From contig JACQCV010000021.1 of NCBI GenBank assembly GCA_016201465.1, positions 1-42,487 of the forward strand: DNA of 42,487 nt. The letters are read 5' to 3'. The position numbers and the translations under genes are program-made. Shown piece after piece: positions 37,494 to 42,487 of the stretch (its first letter is position 1; every line of letters begins with the position of its first letter). Source of the DNA: Candidatus Vogelbacteria bacterium. GTDB lineage: Bacteria; Patescibacteriota; Minisyncoccia; Phycocordibacterales; UBA12445. The notes below the pieces were generated by a model, which saw only the letters and a program-made list of their open reading frames with translations, was not told the DNA's origin and made no database searches.

Positions 37494-39395
37494 ATGACAT
37501 CAAAAGAGGTTAGGCAAAAATATTTGGAATTTTTTAAGAAGCGGAGACATGCGATTATCCCGTCTTCACCCATAATTCCTGAGAACGACCCGACAACCTT
37601 ATTTACCGGTTCAGGTATGCAGCCCATGATCCCATATTTGCTTGGACAGAAGCATCCATTGGGGACGCGGATTGCTGACTCGCAAAAGTCATTTCGTACC
37701 GTTGATATTGACGAGGTTGGTGACAATCGACATACAACATTTTTTGAAATGCTTGGTAATTGGTCTCTCGGCGATTATTTTAAGAAAGAGCAAATACCCT
37801 GGATATTTGAGTTTTTAACGAAAGAGATTGGAATTGACCCGGAGAAATTATATGTCACCACATTCATTGGTGATGATAAAAATAATATACCCAAAGATAC
37901 TGAGACCGCGGAAATTTGGAAAGGACTTTTTGAAAAAGCCGGGGTGGATGCTAAGGATGTTGAAATTGGTAGCGAAAAGAATGGTTATGAACTTGGCATG
38001 CAGGAGGGAAGGATATTCTATTATGACGTAAGCAAAAATTGGTGGAGTAGGGCGGGAGTTCCTGATAAGATGCCTGTGGGTGAACCTGGCGGTCCTGACA
38101 CAGAAATGTTTTACAGATTTACGGATCTTGCCCACGACACTAAATATGGGAAATACTGTCATCCTAACTGCGATTGCGGACAGTTCATTGAGATTGGTAA
38201 CAATGTGTTCATGGAGTATAAAAAGAACGTAGACGGGACCTTTTCTAAGCTCCCACAAAGGAATGTTGACTTTGGTGGCGGACTGGAGAGAATTATAGCC
38301 GCATCAATCAACACGCCGGATATCTTTCAAATTGATATCTTTAAACAAATTATAAACACACTCGAAAGACTTTCTGGTAGGTCATACCATGATCAAAAAT
38401 ACACAGCGTCATTTAGAGTCATTGCTGATCACGTCCGCGCAGCATCATTTCTCATGGCCGATGGAGTAAATCCTTCTAATACAGATCAGGGCTATTTTAC
38501 TCGAAGGTTGATTAGAAGAGCGGTAAGATTTTGGGACAAGTTAGGGATTCAAAAAGGTGGATTGGCAGAGTTGGTTGGTCCACTTCTTAATTTCTATCAG
38601 GATTCATATCCACTAGTATATGAAAAAAGGGAGCAGATTAAAGACGAGGTCGCATCTGAGGAGGAGAGGTTCCGACAGACGCTTGCTCGCGGTCTAAAAC
38701 ATTTTAATGAATTAACTGGCAATTTAATAACTGGTCAGGATGCATTTATACTTTTTACAACATATGGATTTCCGGTTGAGGTTACTCAAGAACTAGCCAA
38801 AGAGAGGGTAATGAAGGTAGATATGGGGGAGTATGATAAGGCAATGAAGGAACACCAGGCCTTGTCGCGTTCTGGGTCAGAGCAAAAGTTTAAAGGAGGA
38901 TTGGCAGATCACTCTAAGCAAACAGTGCAATATCACACAACCCATCACATTTTACTTAAGGCACTTCAGAGCGTGCTTGGACCGGAAGTTCATCAAAGGG
39001 GATCAAATATAACTGCCGAGCGTTTGCGTATAGATTTTGCTAGTCCCCGTAAGATGACGGACGACGAGAAAAAAAAGGTTGAGGAGATTGTTAACCAAAA
39101 GATTCAGGAGAATCTACCGGTTATCAGGACAGTAATGAAGAAAGAGGATGCTGAAAATTTTGGAGCAGAGCATGAATTCAACGCTAACTATCCTGAAATG
39201 GTAACAATTTATTCTGTTGGACCAAAAGATGCGACCATAGGTGAACCAAAAATTAAAGAGGCGTTTTCAATAGAATTTTGTGGCGGACCACACGTTACAA
39301 ATACAGAGGAAATAGCCCACACTGGTGTATTTAAAATTATAAAGGAGGAGGCAGTCGCAACGGGGATAAGGCGAATTAAGGCAGTTGTGGTATAA
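37494..39395 (+). CDS. alaS: Alanyl-tRNA synthetase (lacks C-Ala domain)
   Basis: DPTTLFTGSGMQP, HTTFFEMLGNWS, DFGGGLER, IADH, HTTHH, EFCGGPHV, GIRRI at the C-terminus. Confidence 0.97.
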   Translation: MTSKEVRQKYLEFFKKRRHAIIPSSPIIPENDPTTLFTGSGMQPMIPYLLGQKHPLGTRIADSQKSFRTVDIDEVGDNRHTTFFEMLGNWSLGDYFKKEQIPWIFEFLTKEIGIDPEKLYVTTFIGDDKNNIPKDTETAEIWKGLFEKAGVDAKDVEIGSEKNGYELGMQEGRIFYYDVSKNWWSRAGVPDKMPVGEPGGPDTEMFYRFTDLAHDTKYGKYCHPNCDCGQFIEIGNNVFMEYKKNVDGTFSKLPQRNVDFGGGLERIIAASINTPDIFQIDIFKQIINTLERLSGRSYHDQKYTASFRVIADHVRAASFLMADGVNPSNTDQGYFTRRLIRRAVRFWDKLGIQKGGLAELVGPLLNFYQDSYPLVYEKREQIKDEVASEEERFRQTLARGLKHFNELTGNLITGQDAFILFTTYGFPVEVTQELAKERVMKVDMGEYDKAMKEHQALSRSGSEQKFKGGLADHSKQTVQYHTTHHILLKALQSVLGPEVHQRGSNITAERLRIDFASPRKMTDDEKKKVEEIVNQKIQENLPVIRTVMKKEDAENFGAEHEFNANYPEMVTIYSVGPKDATIGEPKIKEAFSIEFCGGPHVTNTEEIAHTGVFKIIKEEAVATGIRRIKAVVV

Positions 39396-39402
39396 TTTAG
39401 GC

Positions 39403-40566
39403 ATGTTTGGTTTCTTTGGTAAAGATAAAGGAGATTCTACACTTATTATTGATGTCGGTAGTGGAAGCATAGGAGTCGCCTTGGTAAATTTGGGGGATTC
39501 AGTACCAATTTTAAAATACCAAATAAGGCAAGACCTGGTATTTCAGAAGGATTTAAATTCTAGAAATCTTTTTTCTTCTACGATCAAAACATTGAGTAGG
39601 ATTCTTGAACAGTATCATCGGGCTGGTCAGCCGAATCCAAAACGTATATATTGTTATTTGTCTTCTCATCTTTCTCTGTCGCAAACTCGGATAATCAGAT
39701 CAAAATTTGAAACTCCCTATATTATTAATCGATCTTTTGTAAATAACATAGTCGAAAAGGAGTTAAGTGCTTTTAAAAATGAACACACTGGGAAGTATAA
39801 AAACAGTTCAATTTTAATTGAAAGGAAGCTCATGTCTTTAAAATTAAATGGTTACTCTGTTTCTGAAATTGACAATAAGATGGTGCACGAGATAGAGCTT
39901 TCGGTTTTCTTTACCCTTATGTCCACTGGCGTTGAAAATGAGATCAGGCATATCGTGGCCGATTTCTTTCATCATAAGATTTTGGAGTTTCATTCTTTTT
40001 TATTTGCAAACTTCGCGACTACAAGAGATTTGCTTACAGAAGAGAAAGAATATGTTTTTATAGATATTGGCAGTGAAATATCCGATTTTTCAGTAGTTAG
40101 AGATGGCGTATTAGAAGCGTCTATTTCCTTTCCTTTGGGTAAAAATTCTGTAATTCGAAAATTATTAAAAAATGCTGGTGGCGAAAAAGTGTTATTAGAT
40201 TCACGATTGAACATTTACAATTCAAATCTTTTGAATAGTGATGATGATCGTCGTTTTTTGGATCTACTCCGATCAGCAGGTGATGATTGGATGAGAGCAA
40301 TGGAAAAAGCCGCTTATGGTACGTCGACAAACAAGAGATTGCCACAGAAGTTTATTGTGATTTCTGATCAAGATGTATCAAAAATATTTAAAGAATTTTT
40401 AAGTTCTCTGAACTTAACACATTTGACCTTATTTGATCGTAATCCCGAAATTACTTTTCTTAAAGATTTAGATATCAACAAATTTATTGATAATAGAAGC
40501 GGTATCGTAGGTGATCCATTTTTGACAATAGATGCTTTATTTTTAAAAAAAGATTTTAAGATATAA
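39403..40566 (+). CDS. FtsA/PilM-like actin-fold protein
   Basis: IIDVGSGSI (phosphate 1), FIDIGSEISD (phosphate 2), SFPLG. ATG 39403 lies 6 nt after TGgTATAAT. Confidence 0.6.
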   Translation: MFGFFGKDKGDSTLIIDVGSGSIGVALVNLGDSVPILKYQIRQDLVFQKDLNSRNLFSSTIKTLSRILEQYHRAGQPNPKRIYCYLSSHLSLSQTRIIRSKFETPYIINRSFVNNIVEKELSAFKNEHTGKYKNSSILIERKLMSLKLNGYSVSEIDNKMVHEIELSVFFTLMSTGVENEIRHIVADFFHHKILEFHSFLFANFATTRDLLTEEKEYVFIDIGSEISDFSVVRDGVLEASISFPLGKNSVIRKLLKNAGGEKVLLDSRLNIYNSNLLNSDDDRRFLDLLRSAGDDWMRAMEKAAYGTSTNKRLPQKFIVISDQDVSKIFKEFLSSLNLTHLTLFDRNPEITFLKDLDINKFIDNRSGIVGDPFLTIDALFLKKDFKI

Positions 40567-40574
40567 AATCAAAT

Positions 40575-41831
40575 ATGAGTAAAAAAATATTTCAAGATAT
40601 AATTACTAAAGCGGTTGGGTCAGTGCACGAAGAGGTTTCTGTAGATGGAAATAAAGGCCGTGTTTCTAATCGACCACGACGAGGTGTAGGCAACAAGTTT
40701 CTTGTTTCCGTTAGCCTGATTGTCCTGGGCGCAGTAGTCGTTTTGGCACTATTTTTATTATTTTCATCTTCGTTTTCAAGAGTGTCGCTTAAGGTTACTA
40801 CTAGTCGGAAAGTTTTTGATTTAAATGATAAAATCACTCTTAATAAAAACGGCATGAACGGAGACATTAAGTACGACATTATGAAGCTGGAAGACTTAGA
40901 GTCTACTAAGGTTTCAATTACGGGGTCTAAAAGAGTACAAAGGAATGCGATTGGTGTAGTTACAATTTATAATTACGGTAAAACTGTTCAAAGGTTGGTA
41001 ATTGGTACTAGAGTTGAAACCAACGACGGTAAAATTTATAAGATTCAGAAGGCTATTTTGGTGCCATCAAATAAGTTGGGTACCGGTAGTGTTGATGTGG
41101 CGGTGCGAGCTGAACAAGCAGGTGACAATTATAATATTCCACCATCCGATTTTATACTCCCGGGATTAAAAGGAGGAACTAAATTTGATTTGATTCGAGC
41201 CAAATCTCATAAGAATATCATCGGGGGGTTTGTTGGTGAAATAAAAACTGTATCACCGGCTGATCTACAGAAGGCGAGACAACAACTTAGAGAAGTAATA
41301 ACACAAAAACTTACAAAGAATGCAATTCTCCAGGTTCCAAAGGGTTTTATTCTTTACAGTGACTCCATGTTTCTTTCTTTTACAGACAACGTAATTGATA
41401 ACTCAGCTCTGGTAGATTCGACCGAGGGTCAAGCGTCACTCACAATGAGTGGTGCACTCAGCTCAATTATAATAGATCAGAATGAACTTAGAAACTATTT
41501 AGTCTCAAAAACGATTCCCGATCTTAATAAAAATGTCAAGGTTATTTTGTTGGGTCTTGAAAAGCTCGATTTCCACGTTTTGAATAAGGAAAAGGTCGTC
41601 TTAGGTGGTGATCAATCTATTAAGGCTGATATCTCAGGAAGTATCCGAATTATTTGGGATTTTGACGACATTATGTTAAAGGACAAGCTAGTTGGAATTA
41701 AGAAATCTAACTATCAAGATGTTTTTAGACAATTTTCCTCAATAGAAAAAGCCGAAGCGGTTTTTAGTCCATCGTGGGCGTTATATTTTCCCAATGATCC
41801 CCAAAGAATCACAATAGATAAAGGTTTTTAG
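40575..41831 (+). CDS. Single-pass membrane protein with baseplate J/gp47-like region
   Basis: TM helix at about aa 42-64; G.VTIYN..Q.L..GTR..T.DGK.Y, GSVDVAVRAEQAGDNYNI, IIGG. Confidence 0.55.
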   Translation: MSKKIFQDIITKAVGSVHEEVSVDGNKGRVSNRPRRGVGNKFLVSVSLIVLGAVVVLALFLLFSSSFSRVSLKVTTSRKVFDLNDKITLNKNGMNGDIKYDIMKLEDLESTKVSITGSKRVQRNAIGVVTIYNYGKTVQRLVIGTRVETNDGKIYKIQKAILVPSNKLGTGSVDVAVRAEQAGDNYNIPPSDFILPGLKGGTKFDLIRAKSHKNIIGGFVGEIKTVSPADLQKARQQLREVITQKLTKNAILQVPKGFILYSDSMFLSFTDNVIDNSALVDSTEGQASLTMSGALSSIIIDQNELRNYLVSKTIPDLNKNVKVILLGLEKLDFHVLNKEKVVLGGDQSIKADISGSIRIIWDFDDIMLKDKLVGIKKSNYQDVFRQFSSIEKAEAVFSPSWALYFPNDPQRITIDKGF

Positions 41832-41895
41832 ATTATTTGTATTAAGACTTGACTTAGAATGCACCAATCTGCTATGATGTCCGAGCAATTTGAAT

Positions 41896-42123
41896 ATGGA
41901 AAATAATTCACCAAAAGACCACATAGACCAAGAAATAGATGGATTAGTGGTTGAGGCTCTGCCTAATATGATGTTTCGTGTAGATATCGGAGGGGGCAAG
42001 ATTCTTTTAGCATATCTTGCCGGTAAAATGAGAATGAATAGAATTAAGGTTCTTATAGGAGACCGTGTACGGATCAAACTTGATATATATGGAGAGCGTG
42101 GGAGAATTATTAGAAGATATTAG
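41896..42123 (+). CDS. infA: Translation initiation factor IF-1
   Basis: VEALPN.MFRV, LAGKMR..I.VL.GD.V, GRIIRR. Confidence 0.96.
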   Translation: MENNSPKDHIDQEIDGLVVEALPNMMFRVDIGGGKILLAYLAGKMRMNRIKVLIGDRVRIKLDIYGERGRIIRRY

Positions 42124-42135
42124 ATTTACATTTAA

Positions 42136-42249
42136 ATGAAAGTAAGATCGTCATTAAAGAAATTATGTGCAAAATGTAAAATGGTTAAGCGTAAAGGTTG
42201 CCTTTATGTTGTGTGTGATAAGCCTAAACACAAGCAAAGGCAGGGTTGA
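42136..42249 (+). CDS. rpmJ: 50S ribosomal protein L36
   Basis: [37 protein letters not shown]; not in the supplied ORF track. Confidence 0.97.
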   Translation: MKVRSSLKKLCAKCKMVKRKGCLYVVCDKPKHKQRQG

Positions 42250-42287
42250 GTTTAGTATGTGGGAAAATAGTAAATCATAAAGATAAA

Positions 42288-42487
42288 ATGAGAATTTCAG
42301 GAATCACAGTAGCAGATAATAAAAGACTCGAGACGGCCCTAACTGCCGTCTATGGAATTGGGAGAAAATTATCTCAGAAAATTTTAGACGAACTCTCTAT
42401 TCTACATGGGAAAAAGGCTTCGGAGTTAACACCAGATCAGGAAAACTTTCTTCGTAAACGAGTTGAATCAGAAAAAATAGAAGGAGA
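42288..42487 (+). CDS. rpsM: 30S ribosomal protein S13 (3'-truncated by window edge)
   Basis: MRISGI....KRLETALTAVYGIGR; follows infA-rpmJ. Confidence 0.95.
   Translation, partial: MRISGITVADNKRLETALTAVYGIGRKLSQKILDELSILHGKKASELTPDQENFLRKRVESEKIEG

Noticed and set aside
37494-39395. AlaS missing C-Ala as a pseudogene
   Set aside because: Catalytic and editing motifs are intact with a clean stop; short AlaS is a known streamlined form.
1-42487. CRISPR array, rRNA, integrase or transposase
   Set aside because: No regularly spaced direct repeats, rRNA-like blocks or recombinase motifs were found by eye.

Overview
Bacterial chromosomal segment using the standard code (TGA = stop), with nearly all genes on the + strand. 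The gene set and style (short DnaX, AlaS without the C-Ala domain, helicase-degenerate PriA, an FtsA/PilM-like plus baseplate-J-like pair before infA-rpmJ-rpsM) suggest a Patescibacteria/CPR (Parcubacteria-like) genome; this is inference. The housekeeping backbone is argS, dnaX, tRNA-Gln, dus, an S41 peptidase, rplI, rpmA, uvrB, uvrA, ddl, priA, mnmA, alaS, infA, rpmJ and rpsM. The most notable features are: (1) a DUF3626-like, possibly ADP-ribosyltransferase toxin gene with a small partner gene and a deleted second copy next to tRNA-Gln; (2) four large charged helical proteins forming two paralogue pairs with variable C-termini around mnmA; (3) two multi-branched palindromic elements that fold best on the - strand, one inserted in-frame in mnmA and one 196 bp long with 26-bp perfect terminal inverted repeats just after it; (4) several rod-like ncRNA candidates; (5) a 12-codon ORF with its own Shine-Dalgarno (SD) and terminator; (6) a split between leaderless genes and SD-led, self-contained accessory cassettes. 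No CRISPR array, rRNA, integrase or transposase was seen. All family calls come from motif recognition by eye; no searches were run.
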